Shown: positions 42,897 to 52,645 of the stretch, one piece after another | How the letters are laid out: the number at the start of each line of letters is the position of its first letter | Position numbering within the stretch: position 1 is the first letter of the stretch | Assembly (NCBI GenBank): GCA_964472395.1 | Contig: CAYYMM010000001.1 | Location: forward strand, 36,069 to 100,068 | DNA: 64,000 bases | Direction of reading: 5' to 3' | DNA from: an uncultured bacterium | GTDB lineage: Bacteria; CSSED10-310; CALFER01 | Position numbers and translations under genes: made by a program | The notes under the pieces: generated by a model | Seen by the model: only the letters and a program-made list of their open reading frames with translations | The model's database searches: none | Told to the model about the DNA's origin: nothing

Positions 42897-43286
42897 TCAG
42901 GGCATGACCTTGCACGCATCGACCGGGCAAACCTTTGCGCATTTTCCGCATGCAATGCACAATCCGGGATCGATCTCGTATATGGATCCTTCCGAAATCG
43001 CATGAGTCGGGCATTCCGGCTGACATGTCCCACAGGCGATGCATTCCTTGGTAATGATATAGGGCACCCGGTCCGCGGGGATCTTGCCTTCCGCTTTCAA
43101 TGCTTCAGCGTGAACCCGGGCGATTTTCTGATTCCATTCAGCCCGAAGTGATTTGATGGTCATTCGGAGTTCGTACAGTGAATTGCGAATCTCATCGATA
43201 TCATCATTATGATAACGGGTGGTGGAGCGGCTTTTCAGTGCGATCACCAGTGCGATGACCGCGATAGCGAGACTGAGATAGATCAT
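42897..43286 (-). CDS. Membrane-anchored 2x[4Fe-4S] ferredoxin-domain protein
   Basis: 130 aa from MIYLSLAIAVIALVIAL (AGGAGG 8 nt upstream). Coiled segment, then two CxxCxxCxxxCP motifs. The longer ORF-track version overlaps the next gene. Confidence 0.65.
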   Translation of the reverse strand: MIYLSLAIAVIALVIALKSRSTTRYHNDDIDEIRNSLYELRMTIKSLRAEWNQKIARVHAEALKAEGKIPADRVPYIITKECIACGTCQPECPTHAISEGSIYEIDPGLCIACGKCAKVCPVDACKVMP

Positions 43287-43365
43287 GGGAATGACCTCCT
43301 TCCGTGGCCGCAGATTAGAGCGAATATATATTTGAGTCAAGAGCCGCTCTGGGACATAATGACAC

Positions 43366-45144
43366 GTGCGACGGAGGTTCTCTCGAATGGCCGATGCCGG
43401 TTCCATGCGATTTTCTTCCATCCACGGTGTGATCGCCGGCGGATTGGCGATCGGCTGCGCCCGAGGCATCATCGAGGGGATCTCGCTATACGTTTCACAC
43501 CCGGTCCGACTCCCGGTCGACTCCCTGATCCGACTATGCTTCCAGACAACGGTTCTCTACGCTGTCGTCATCGCATGCATCGGAACGCTTCTTGTCACAA
43601 TATTCCGCCGCACAGGACTGCTTCCTGAACGCGGCCGGTGGCTCTGGCCGCTCCTGTTTCTCGTTCCAATCGTCCTGATCGATCTCAATGGCTGGACTCA
43701 CCGCCAACAGACCGCGTTTCGGGAATCGGTCTTACCGATGAGTCCTTCCCGGACGGACTATCCGGATATCCTCCTCTTCACGCTCGATACCTGTCGCGCT
43801 GATCGGTTGGGCTGTTACGGATATCCGACGGGATCCACGCCGATGATCGATGCGCTTTCGCGTCGGGCGACGGTTTTCGTCGATGCCATCACGACGATAC
43901 CGGTGACGACCAGTGCGCATGCGACGATCATGACCGGATTAGAGCCTATGACGCATGGAAGCCGCTTCAATGCGGTTCCCATCCATCGACGCTTTAAGAC
44001 GCTCGCCGAGCGGTTGCAAGATGAGGGGTATCGGACCGGCGCATTCATCGGCGCGTTCCCTGTGGCTGCGGAGGTGTCCGGGTTGGATCAGGGGTTCCAT
44101 GTTTACGAGCAGACTCTGACGCCGCAGTATCTGCATCCCCTGTTGTATCAATCGACGCTGCTCGCCCCGTTACGCTCAATCGGGCGCTTTCGTCCCGCCG
44201 AACGTCGTGCGGCGCAGATCGAGCCATGGGTCGATGCCTGGTGGCGCACGCTTCCTCCGGATGCACCTCGGTTCACATGGCTGCATTACTACGATCCGCA
44301 CGCACCGTACGATCCTCCCAAGAATTGGCGACGCTACTTCACGGGGGATTCGAGCGTTCGCACCACTTCGATCTGGCGGATCCATTCAATGAACCATGAA
44401 GCACCTCCGACAGAAGATGAAATCCGGACGAATCTTGCGTTGTATGACGGAGAGATCGCTCAGACAGATCGCGCCATCAGCAGGATTCTCAATGTACTCG
44501 CATCCGCAGGCCGTCTGGACCGGACCTGGATCGTCATTCTGGCCGATCACGGTGAGAGTCTGGACGAACACGAGTATTACTTTTCACATGGCGACAACAC
44601 GTTCGAGCCGTCTTTGCGGATCCCGTTTCTGATCGTGCAACCGCTCTTTGCATCCAGGATAACGCAGGATGCGAGAGGTTTGACCGGAGGATTGATGGCG
44701 GAGCTTGCAGGGAATGCCGATCTGGTCCCGACCCTTCTGGGAGTGCTCGGAATATCGACCCCGGAGATGACGGACGGCCGGAACCTGATCAAAGACGACG
44801 GGAAAGATCTCTCGGACAGACTGTTGATCTGTGAATCTGGTTCAGGGGTTTACACTGAAGCGCATCGAGTCTCAGCGGAAAAAATCAGTCGGAAGGAGCG
44901 GACAGTGCGAACCGAACGGATGAAGCTGATCCGATCTGCCGATGGGCGCTCATCTGCTTTTGATCTCGACGATGACCCTCGTGAGCTTCGGCCGATCGAC
45001 GGCACGCAGGATCCGCACGTGATCCGGCTTGGAGAGATATTGGATACGGCCATTGCGCGGGATCTGGAAGATCCGCGATACCAGACGATGTCGCGGGATC
45101 AGGAAACAGTTGATCAATTACGCGAACTGGGATATGTGGAGTGA
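43366..45144 (+). CDS. Membrane sulfatase-like hydrolase/transferase (alkaline-phosphatase superfamily, Thr nucleophile variant; LtaS/EptA-like rather than a true sulfatase)
   Basis: N-terminal TM helices, then catalytic domain LLFTLDTCRADRLGCYGYP...PVTTSAHATIMTG. Thr replaces the Cys/Ser of the sulfatase CxPxR motif. Confidence 0.7.
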   Translation: MRRRFSRMADAGSMRFSSIHGVIAGGLAIGCARGIIEGISLYVSHPVRLPVDSLIRLCFQTTVLYAVVIACIGTLLVTIFRRTGLLPERGRWLWPLLFLVPIVLIDLNGWTHRQQTAFRESVLPMSPSRTDYPDILLFTLDTCRADRLGCYGYPTGSTPMIDALSRRATVFVDAITTIPVTTSAHATIMTGLEPMTHGSRFNAVPIHRRFKTLAERLQDEGYRTGAFIGAFPVAAEVSGLDQGFHVYEQTLTPQYLHPLLYQSTLLAPLRSIGRFRPAERRAAQIEPWVDAWWRTLPPDAPRFTWLHYYDPHAPYDPPKNWRRYFTGDSSVRTTSIWRIHSMNHEAPPTEDEIRTNLALYDGEIAQTDRAISRILNVLASAGRLDRTWIVILADHGESLDEHEYYFSHGDNTFEPSLRIPFLIVQPLFASRITQDARGLTGGLMAELAGNADLVPTLLGVLGISTPEMTDGRNLIKDDGKDLSDRLLICESGSGVYTEAHRVSAEKISRKERTVRTERMKLIRSADGRSSAFDLDDDPRELRPIDGTQDPHVIRLGEILDTAIARDLEDPRYQTMSRDQETVDQLRELGYVE

Positions 45145-46508
45145 CCATGAAAGTCCTCTTCGTCAAGCCCTGCTGGAATTATCCGATCGACAAGGGCGAT
45201 TCAACTTACAATCGCAACTGGCCACCGTTGTCGCTGTTGAATTGTGCCGCTCTGGTCCGGCGTGAAGGGATCGATGTTGAGGTCGTGGATGCCGCGGCTG
45301 AGCGTTTATCGCCCGAGGCTGTCGCACTGAGGGCCGCGGAATGTGACAAGGTATTTATCACTTCCGCAAGTCTCGATCGGTGGCAATGCCCGAACATCGT
45401 GATCGATCCGTTTCTAAAAACCGTGTTCGCTCTGAAGAAGGTCTGTCGCGAGGTGTATGTCATGGGAACGCACGGCACGGTGCGCCCCCGCGAGATACTC
45501 GATGCAACCGGCGTCACGGCGGTCATTGTCGGCGAACCGGAAGAGGCGGTTCTGTCGATTTGTCGGGGAATAACGCTCGGTTTGTTGCAGGGGGTGGCTT
45601 ATGAGCAGGATGGTCGGTTTTGTTTGATACCCCAGCAGCACGATCTCGACCTGACGGCCCTCCCGATCCCCGCATACGATCTGATTGACCTGAAGCAGTA
45701 TCGATATGAGGTTCTGGGTGAGCGTTTTGCGTTGATCGAGGCATCGAGAGGATGTCCATTCAACTGTATTTTCTGTGTCAAATCGATGTATGGCAGCGCA
45801 TATCGGTGCAAAACCATCGAGCAGGTCATAAGGGAAATCGATTATGTCATCGATGTCGCTCGTGCGCAGACCATCTATTTCATCGATCTCGAGTTCACCG
45901 TCAATCGCGACATGGTGAAAGCGGTTTGTGACCACTTCATCCGGAAGAAGTCGGGGGTTGAGTGGTGCTGCCAGACACGGACGGATTCAGTCGATGAGAC
46001 GATGCTGGCGATGATGAAAGAGGCCGGCTGCCGAATCGTGCATTTCGGTGTTGAAACAGGTTCCGAGCGGATTCGGGCGAATCTGAAGAAGGGGATCACG
46101 AGGGAGCAGATCGAAAATGGTTTGAGAATGACACGGGTGGCGGGATTGCAGACGGTTTGCTTCTTCATGTTCGGGTTACCCGGGGAAACGATAGCGGACA
46201 TGGAGGAAACGATTCGATTTGCCAAGAAACTGAACCCGACCTATGCGTCGTTTCATATCGCGTTACCTTACCCGGGGACCGAGTTTCATGAGATGGCGCG
46301 GGAAAACATCGGGACGGAGTTGTTTCCAAAGGCGTATACGGGCGAGGTATGTTATGATGATTTGATTCGCGTCGCGAGACGTGCGTTTCGGTCTTATTAT
46401 CTGAGGCCGAGATACATTGCGGGTCGGATGAAGGATCGTGATTTCAGAACATTTTACAGGCAGGCCCGTTTTTTTATTTCGTATCTGATTCATCGATTAT
46501 GGAGTTAA
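45141..46508 (+). CDS. Cobalamin-binding radical SAM enzyme (class B), paralogue 3
   Basis: 455 aa. B12-binding N-terminal domain (MKVLFVKP...GIDVEVVDA) and ASRGCPFNCIFCVKS. Confidence 0.8.
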   Translation: MTMKVLFVKPCWNYPIDKGDSTYNRNWPPLSLLNCAALVRREGIDVEVVDAAAERLSPEAVALRAAECDKVFITSASLDRWQCPNIVIDPFLKTVFALKKVCREVYVMGTHGTVRPREILDATGVTAVIVGEPEEAVLSICRGITLGLLQGVAYEQDGRFCLIPQQHDLDLTALPIPAYDLIDLKQYRYEVLGERFALIEASRGCPFNCIFCVKSMYGSAYRCKTIEQVIREIDYVIDVARAQTIYFIDLEFTVNRDMVKAVCDHFIRKKSGVEWCCQTRTDSVDETMLAMMKEAGCRIVHFGVETGSERIRANLKKGITREQIENGLRMTRVAGLQTVCFFMFGLPGETIADMEETIRFAKKLNPTYASFHIALPYPGTEFHEMARENIGTELFPKAYTGEVCYDDLIRVARRAFRSYYLRPRYIAGRMKDRDFRTFYRQARFFISYLIHRLWS

Positions 46509-46512
46509 TGTA

Positions 46513-47622
46513 ATGGCCGAATCGGAAGGATATTTTAAAACAAGGATGAGTTTTGAACCGAGGCGGGATGCGATCTGGAAACCCGTCGTCCGGTATCTCG
46601 AACGCTATATCCCCGGCGAGTCCCGAATTCTCGAACTGGGCGCCGGATACTGTTCATTCATCAATGAAGTTCATGCGGGGGAAAAGCATGCGCTGGACTC
46701 GTCGGATATCATTCGCCAGTATGCGGCGGAGTCGGTACGAATCCATGTGTGCGACTGCGCACAACTCCGTCCTGTTGAAACAGCGTATTTCGATGTGGTT
46801 TTTTCAAGTTTTCTGTTTGAACACCTCACCCGCGACCATCTGGACCGCTTGATGCGCGAGCTGCGTCGAATCATTAAACCGGGAGGACTCATCATCACTC
46901 TCCTCCCAAATTACAAGTATATCTATCGTCATTACTTCGACGACTACACGCATGTTCAGGTATTCAGTCATCTGAGCTTCTCAGATTATCTGACGGCGCA
47001 GGGTTTCGACGTGACGCGGGTTGAGGGACGCTTTCTGCCGTTTTCGTTCAAGTCGCGACTTCCCAAATCGGCGTTCCTGACCGCTCTGTATCTCCGATCA
47101 CCATGGAAACCCTTTGCCGGCAATATGCTCGTGATCGCCAGGAATCCGGACACACCAGCGGAACGCGCACCGGTTGTGCGCGAGCAATCACGGCGGCGTG
47201 AGCCTCCGCCGCGTTCGCCACGCCCGTTTCTGGACGAACCAGTCGCTCCTGTGTCGATTCTCAAGGATCAGAAAACAATGACCGATCGAAACGAGCATGG
47301 ATACCGGCAGACGTCGAGATCCGGTCGGTATCCCGTCCGACGAGATCCGCCGAGGCATGTTCCGGCATCGGACACCGCGCGCGAACATCGGCCCGGAGGC
47401 ACTCCAAATCCACCCCGAAGGGATCTTCCTCAACGTCGCCCGGACATCCCATCCAAACACGGCCCAGACGGATCCGGGCTCCGAAGGCCGCGCCGCGAAG
47501 CGCCGCGTCCGCCCGAAATCAAAGAGCCCCAGCAAGGCACTTCTTTCCCGAAACCGGAATACATCCCCCGCCCGGATGTGAAACCCCGACCCGAAAACAC
47601 CGACGAAAAATCGCTCGTTTGA
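46513..47622 (+). CDS. Class I SAM-dependent methyltransferase with a ~150-aa Arg/Pro-rich low-complexity C-terminal tail
   Basis: Motif I ILELGAGYCSF and LIITLLPN. The tail from about 47140 is rich in R, P and E (…RREPPPRSPRPFLDEP…PRRDLPQRRPDIP…). Confidence 0.7.
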   Translation: MAESEGYFKTRMSFEPRRDAIWKPVVRYLERYIPGESRILELGAGYCSFINEVHAGEKHALDSSDIIRQYAAESVRIHVCDCAQLRPVETAYFDVVFSSFLFEHLTRDHLDRLMRELRRIIKPGGLIITLLPNYKYIYRHYFDDYTHVQVFSHLSFSDYLTAQGFDVTRVEGRFLPFSFKSRLPKSAFLTALYLRSPWKPFAGNMLVIARNPDTPAERAPVVREQSRRREPPPRSPRPFLDEPVAPVSILKDQKTMTDRNEHGYRQTSRSGRYPVRRDPPRHVPASDTAREHRPGGTPNPPRRDLPQRRPDIPSKHGPDGSGLRRPRREAPRPPEIKEPQQGTSFPKPEYIPRPDVKPRPENTDEKSLV

Positions 47623-47628
47623 GGGGAT

Positions 47629-49740
47629 TCAAAGCGTATAGCCCAGAACTCTGAGCTGCTCTTTCATGTCCGATGGAATCTCATCCGCGATCCGCGGGGC
47701 GATCCGGTCGTCATCGCCGATGGTGCGGACAATCGTCGATCGCAGCATGGCGCCTCGAATCGGATGATCGGCAAGACAATTCGTGCGTTCCAATGGATCC
47801 GACTCGCGATCATACAGAGTCTCGGCAGGATAATACCCCGCTCGGATGTATTGGAACCGCCCATCCGTAGAAGCGATGTCGCAGATCGGATATCCCGTGC
47901 TTCTCTGGATGATGCATGGGATCCGTTCTTGCTCAGGATGACGACTCCGGACATAGCGCTTCATCAACAAACCCGATGCGAGATGAGAAACAAATCCGAT
48001 CTGATTGAGATCCGTATCGTGTATAATCAGAGGAATCCCCGTCATATCATGAAACACTGTCGTATTGTGACCGTAACGACCATGCCGGCCGAACGATTCA
48101 CCATGGTCGGACAGAAAGATGATTCGTAGTGGAAGTTCCGGGTGGAGCAGATTTCGGGTGGAGCGGGCCATCCGTTCGAGGCACCGATCGGCCTGAGCGA
48201 TCTGTGCTTTGTATAGTCGGCGGATGGCCATGTTCTGTTCCGGACTGATTTGAGCGGGATTCCGATCGGCAAAGTCCAGATAGTCCGCTGTCCCATACTC
48301 AAGAGGAGGACGGTCGAAACAGGCATGGAAGCGGGGATCGGGATGATAGGGTGCGTGTGGTTCCCGTATGTGAACATAGATAAAAAAGGGTTTCTTGTTT
48401 GCGATCCTCGGCAATTCTCCCAATACGGCATCGACCACCTCTGCGGAATTGATATGCTGCGTGTCCCTGTTCTGGAAAAGTTCATGAAATTCGTTGAACC
48501 CACGATCGAATCCATACTTGCGCGACACGGTCGGCATAGAAGAAAATGCAACGGTATAATAGCCCCTCCGTTGCAGGTCTTCCCCGATCAATCCGACATC
48601 ATCCGAAATCCGGTCGGTCAAAATCCGGACCCCATGCCGATTGAATTGTTCGCCTGACAGGAGAGCGGCCGTCGATGATATGGTATACGGTGCGGGGGCC
48701 ACACCATTCATGAACTGGCGGCTTCTCTGAGCGATCCGATCGATCCATGGGGTGAGGGAATCGGGGCATCCGTAAGCTCCGAGTTCTTCCGGTGTGCATG
48801 CATCGAGGATCATCAGAAGAATCGAGCCGGCAAAAGTGGGTGGGCAGGTGTCTTGCGTGTTCCCGACGGGAGGGTTAGAGCTGCGGCCCGCGAGATCCAG
48901 ATCGACGGTTCCTGTATTGACGACAGCCACGCGTGTCAGTTCGTTCGAAGCGATCGTGATGGATCGGGAAACACCCGCCATGCCGGGATGCACAACCATG
49001 GGATGTGAATCTTCGGATCGGTCGGTTTCCATTCTGATTTCGGCAAGGCCGTTATGCTTCAGGCAGGATAGGAGGTCGATGGTCACACGCGTCCCGGCTG
49101 AATCCTCGAAGAAAAATTCAGCGGCTGCGCCGGGAGCGATGCGTCGATAGCCCGGTCGAGCCTCTTGTGCAGTGGACTGCGAGTTGTTTCCCGGCAGGTC
49201 GAGTCGCACTTTGTGCAGGCAGAGCCCGAGCGTTCTGGTATCCGGACTCAGCCCGAGATCGGTAGGCCGGTCGAGCCGCGAACTGCTGAATGTCAGCACG
49301 TTCCAGCCGCGAAAGAGCGCATCGCGGGGCAGATCCACCGAATACTCGGTGAAGTCTTTCGACAATCCGACCGATCCGAGAACATGTGTTCCGGCTGACA
49401 CGGAGATTTCCAGCGGCGGTACGAGGCCCGGCAGCGATTTAGCAGAGAAGACAAGCCGAATGTCTCGCGGTTCGATCACCTCGAACAAGACCCGTGCGTC
49501 TCGATCGGTGCTCCAGGCTCCGCTTCGGTCCGGTCGATCCCAGCCACGCCGGAAAAAATGATCGAACTCCTCGGAGATGATCGGTGAAATACTCCGAGTC
49601 GGATTCCGGATCGAGCCGCTGAATCGATCGTCAAATAGATCCGCGAATTGACGTGCGTTGAAACCGGTGCATGACACGATCATCGTGGCGAGGAAGAGGA
49701 GGGTCACGATAGGGACCGGGAGGAAAGAGCGGCGCATCAC
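47629..49740 (-). CDS. Secreted or membrane sulfatase-like hydrolase/transferase (alkaline-phosphatase superfamily, Thr variant), second copy
   Basis: 703 aa. Signal/TM MMRRSFLPVPIVTLLFLATMIVS. Catalytic region ILLMILDACTPEELGAYGCP...PYTISSTAALLSG and LSDHGESFG. Confidence 0.7.
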   Translation of the reverse strand: MMRRSFLPVPIVTLLFLATMIVSCTGFNARQFADLFDDRFSGSIRNPTRSISPIISEEFDHFFRRGWDRPDRSGAWSTDRDARVLFEVIEPRDIRLVFSAKSLPGLVPPLEISVSAGTHVLGSVGLSKDFTEYSVDLPRDALFRGWNVLTFSSSRLDRPTDLGLSPDTRTLGLCLHKVRLDLPGNNSQSTAQEARPGYRRIAPGAAAEFFFEDSAGTRVTIDLLSCLKHNGLAEIRMETDRSEDSHPMVVHPGMAGVSRSITIASNELTRVAVVNTGTVDLDLAGRSSNPPVGNTQDTCPPTFAGSILLMILDACTPEELGAYGCPDSLTPWIDRIAQRSRQFMNGVAPAPYTISSTAALLSGEQFNRHGVRILTDRISDDVGLIGEDLQRRGYYTVAFSSMPTVSRKYGFDRGFNEFHELFQNRDTQHINSAEVVDAVLGELPRIANKKPFFIYVHIREPHAPYHPDPRFHACFDRPPLEYGTADYLDFADRNPAQISPEQNMAIRRLYKAQIAQADRCLERMARSTRNLLHPELPLRIIFLSDHGESFGRHGRYGHNTTVFHDMTGIPLIIHDTDLNQIGFVSHLASGLLMKRYVRSRHPEQERIPCIIQRSTGYPICDIASTDGRFQYIRAGYYPAETLYDRESDPLERTNCLADHPIRGAMLRSTIVRTIGDDDRIAPRIADEIPSDMKEQLRVLGYTL

Positions 49741-49746
49741 GCGGGA

Positions 49747-52020
49747 TTATCCGGCGCCGGGGAACAGTTTCAGGACCTCCGATGCGGATTGGATTCGCAG
49801 CTCCGGCGATTTCTGAATAAGTTTGACGATCAGCGAGTCGAGCCAGCTCGGGAGATCCTTGCGCAAGGTGTTCGGAGGAGGGGGCATCAGATCGAGTTGT
49901 TTGTCGAGTATTTCGTCGAGGGTGTCGCCGGCGAAAGGCAGGATGCCCGTCGCCATCTCATAGAACGTCACTCCGAGCGAATACAAGTCAGAACGAATGC
50001 TTGCCCGGTGTCCCGTGATCTGCTCCGGTGCGATGTATTCCGGAGTGCCGAGAACAGAATCGGTATCATGCTTCTGCCTGACACCCATGGCTTGCGAGAT
50101 GCCGAAATCGACCAGTGTGGCATGCCCTCTGTGGTTCAGAAAGATATTGTGTGGCTTGATATCGGCATGAATGATCCCCTGATCGTGGCTGTGAACCAGC
50201 GCGGACAAGATTTGCCGCGCAATTGACAGGATCAGGGGGAGGGGCATGGGGCCTTCTCGCTGGATCCTGCTCTTGAGTTCCTCGCCTTCCAGGTATTCCA
50301 TCGAGATGAACCAGAGATTTCCGGCACGATTGAGATCATAAATTTTGATGATGCTAGGATGGCTGAGCCGCCTCGCGAGCGTGACCTCACGCTTGATGAT
50401 CTCGATGAAATCAGGGTCGTAGGAGTATTTGGGTTTGAGGATTTTCAGGGCGACGGCGATGTCGAGTTCGCGATCGGCGGCTCGGTACACAATGCCCATG
50501 CCGCCCTTGCCGATGATCTCGAGCAACTCGTAGCGATCGACGATCGTCATCCCGATCGGTAACTCTCCGACAACCGTTTCCTGAAGTTCCGCGGTGATTT
50601 CTTCTTTCATCGCGGCGCACCAGTTCAGATACTGCCGGGATTCCTTGTAATCCTTGTCGAATTTGACGATTTTCTGGAATTCGATCAGCGCCGGGTTGAT
50701 CTGTCCGTCTTCATACAGGCTGATCGCATACTCATAATGCACTTCGACGGTATCTTTGGAGATCGGGAGCGCGAAAAGAGTACGGACAGCGGCGACTCCG
50801 TTATCGATCTTCCCGAGTCTGAAGTAGCAGATGGCGCGGAGCATTCGAGCGGTTGAAATCGACGGGTGATTGTCTTCGATACGAAGCAGAAGCCGCAGCG
50901 CTTCTTCGTTCTCTTTTTGTTCGAGGTGGATTTTGGCGGCATGGAGATAATTCTTCAGATGAACATGCAGGCGGATTGCCTGGTCTTTGTTGCCGATCTG
51001 CTCGTATAAATCCGCCGCCGTTTCGAAGTGGCCGGTCTGTTCATACATTCTTGCGGCTTTTTCGTAGTTGCCGGCTCGAAAGTGCATTTCCGCCGCCAGC
51101 ATATGATCGTTGATCGCCTCGTAGCGCTCGGCGGCACGCCCAAAATCACCCGCTTTTTCGAAATATTCCGCGGCGGTGGCGATATCTCCGAGTGAATCGG
51201 CGAGTTCAGCGGCCCTTAGGGGATCACCGGAGTCACCCGACACGCGCGCAGTCAGTTTGATGGCCTTGTCGAGCTGGTTAGTTCGCTTGAGCAACGCGAT
51301 CTGAAGATCGATCATGTTGCCACGTTCGTAGCAGGCCAGAGCGGCCGAAACTTCTCCAGCTTTGTCATAACAAGCGCCGGCCTCTTTCCAGTTCTGAATC
51401 CGTTCATACAACTGTGCGCATTTCTGGAGATTCGGAACGCGACGCCAGGCTTCGGCTGCCGCAACGATGAGAGCGCGATAATTCGCATCTTCGATCCTGT
51501 TTTTTGCGATCGAGACACCGGTGGGGTTTTCGAGAGAAGCGGCTTTTTCGAAACATACCGCCGCGCTGCGCACCATGTTCGCCTTGTTGTACTTTTCGCC
51601 AGCCGATTTGAAGTCCGAAAGAGACTCGTAGATCCGGGCGGCTTCTGCGAGAATGCCGATGGATTCATACAGTTCGGCTGCTTCCCGGAAGCGTTTGGCT
51701 TTCTTGAATGCGATCGCAGCCTGCAACGCATTTCCGGCACGTCTGTAGAGTTCTCCCGCGTGGTTGAAATCGCCCAGGGTGATGTACATCTCCGCCGCCT
51801 GGTCCAGCCTTCCGATGCGTTCGCAGACTTTGGCAGCCTTGAGCAGAAGATTCTCCTGGGTGAAGAGGGCAATGGCCTGATCGTGCTCTCCGGCCTGAAG
51901 ATACAACTCGGCTGCGCGGGCATAGTCGCCAAGCTTTTCCAGTTTCCGGGCTTTCTTCAGTTGCTCCGACACAACAGTCTCCTGTGTGCGTGAATGACAA
52001 AAGTATTTTAGCGTTTTCAA
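49747..52020 (-). CDS. TPR-repeat protein with a C-terminal Ser/Thr protein kinase domain
   Basis: 757 aa. About ten TPR-like repeats, then kinase motifs GKGGMGIVYRA, HADIKPHNIFL, DFGIS, APE. Confidence 0.85.
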   Translation of the reverse strand: MKTLKYFCHSRTQETVVSEQLKKARKLEKLGDYARAAELYLQAGEHDQAIALFTQENLLLKAAKVCERIGRLDQAAEMYITLGDFNHAGELYRRAGNALQAAIAFKKAKRFREAAELYESIGILAEAARIYESLSDFKSAGEKYNKANMVRSAAVCFEKAASLENPTGVSIAKNRIEDANYRALIVAAAEAWRRVPNLQKCAQLYERIQNWKEAGACYDKAGEVSAALACYERGNMIDLQIALLKRTNQLDKAIKLTARVSGDSGDPLRAAELADSLGDIATAAEYFEKAGDFGRAAERYEAINDHMLAAEMHFRAGNYEKAARMYEQTGHFETAADLYEQIGNKDQAIRLHVHLKNYLHAAKIHLEQKENEEALRLLLRIEDNHPSISTARMLRAICYFRLGKIDNGVAAVRTLFALPISKDTVEVHYEYAISLYEDGQINPALIEFQKIVKFDKDYKESRQYLNWCAAMKEEITAELQETVVGELPIGMTIVDRYELLEIIGKGGMGIVYRAADRELDIAVALKILKPKYSYDPDFIEIIKREVTLARRLSHPSIIKIYDLNRAGNLWFISMEYLEGEELKSRIQREGPMPLPLILSIARQILSALVHSHDQGIIHADIKPHNIFLNHRGHATLVDFGISQAMGVRQKHDTDSVLGTPEYIAPEQITGHRASIRSDLYSLGVTFYEMATGILPFAGDTLDEILDKQLDLMPPPPNTLRKDLPSWLDSLIVKLIQKSPELRIQSASEVLKLFPGAG

Positions 52021-52119
52021 CTCTCTTTGACAACCCGCAGGGTTCCCGGCGAGAATTAATGAACGATCCTGAAGTGCGAAATGTAATTCCGGTAGGAGCG
52101 GAACACTGGAGACGAGAGG

Positions 52120-52620
52120 ATGAAAAACGACCGGCGGCGCGATCGAAAAGTATCAACACTCATTCGTCCGCGGCATCTGATCCCGATCGCCGTCACAATC
52201 GGGCTGATCAGCCTGTTGTTCTATCTCCGGAGCGATCGCCGGGCCATCCGGATCATGGTCGATCATGGTGTCGATGCAATCGAATCCGAAGATCGGAGCC
52301 TGTTGTTCGCTCTGGTTTCCCAATCCTATCATGATGATCTCGGATATGATCGCTCCGATGTTCTCGGGATCGCGCAGGATTTTTTGGATGCATTCGATGA
52401 GATCAACGTCACGGTGGAATCGATGACCATCGCGCTCGAAGGTCGGCAGGCGACTGTCGAGGTTCAATTCAAGGTTGTCGTTTCATATGAGGGGCAACGT
52501 GGATATCTTGCAGGCGCACCTCAAACTGCCGAAACGATTCGATTGGGTCTTGCCAGAGAAAAGCAGGGGTGGCGTGTGGTTCGCGCCGACTACCCTCGTA
52601 TTCCGCGGGGTCGCACGTGA
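52120..52620 (+). CDS. Hypothetical membrane-anchored protein (N-terminal TM helix plus small NTF2-like-sized domain)
   Basis: 166 aa ORF with TM segment LIPIAVTIGLISLLFYL. No family recognised. Confidence 0.4.
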   Translation: MKNDRRRDRKVSTLIRPRHLIPIAVTIGLISLLFYLRSDRRAIRIMVDHGVDAIESEDRSLLFALVSQSYHDDLGYDRSDVLGIAQDFLDAFDEINVTVESMTIALEGRQATVEVQFKVVVSYEGQRGYLAGAPQTAETIRLGLAREKQGWRVVRADYPRIPRGRT

Positions 52621-52645
52621 TAATCGAACCGCATTCGCTGGAGAC

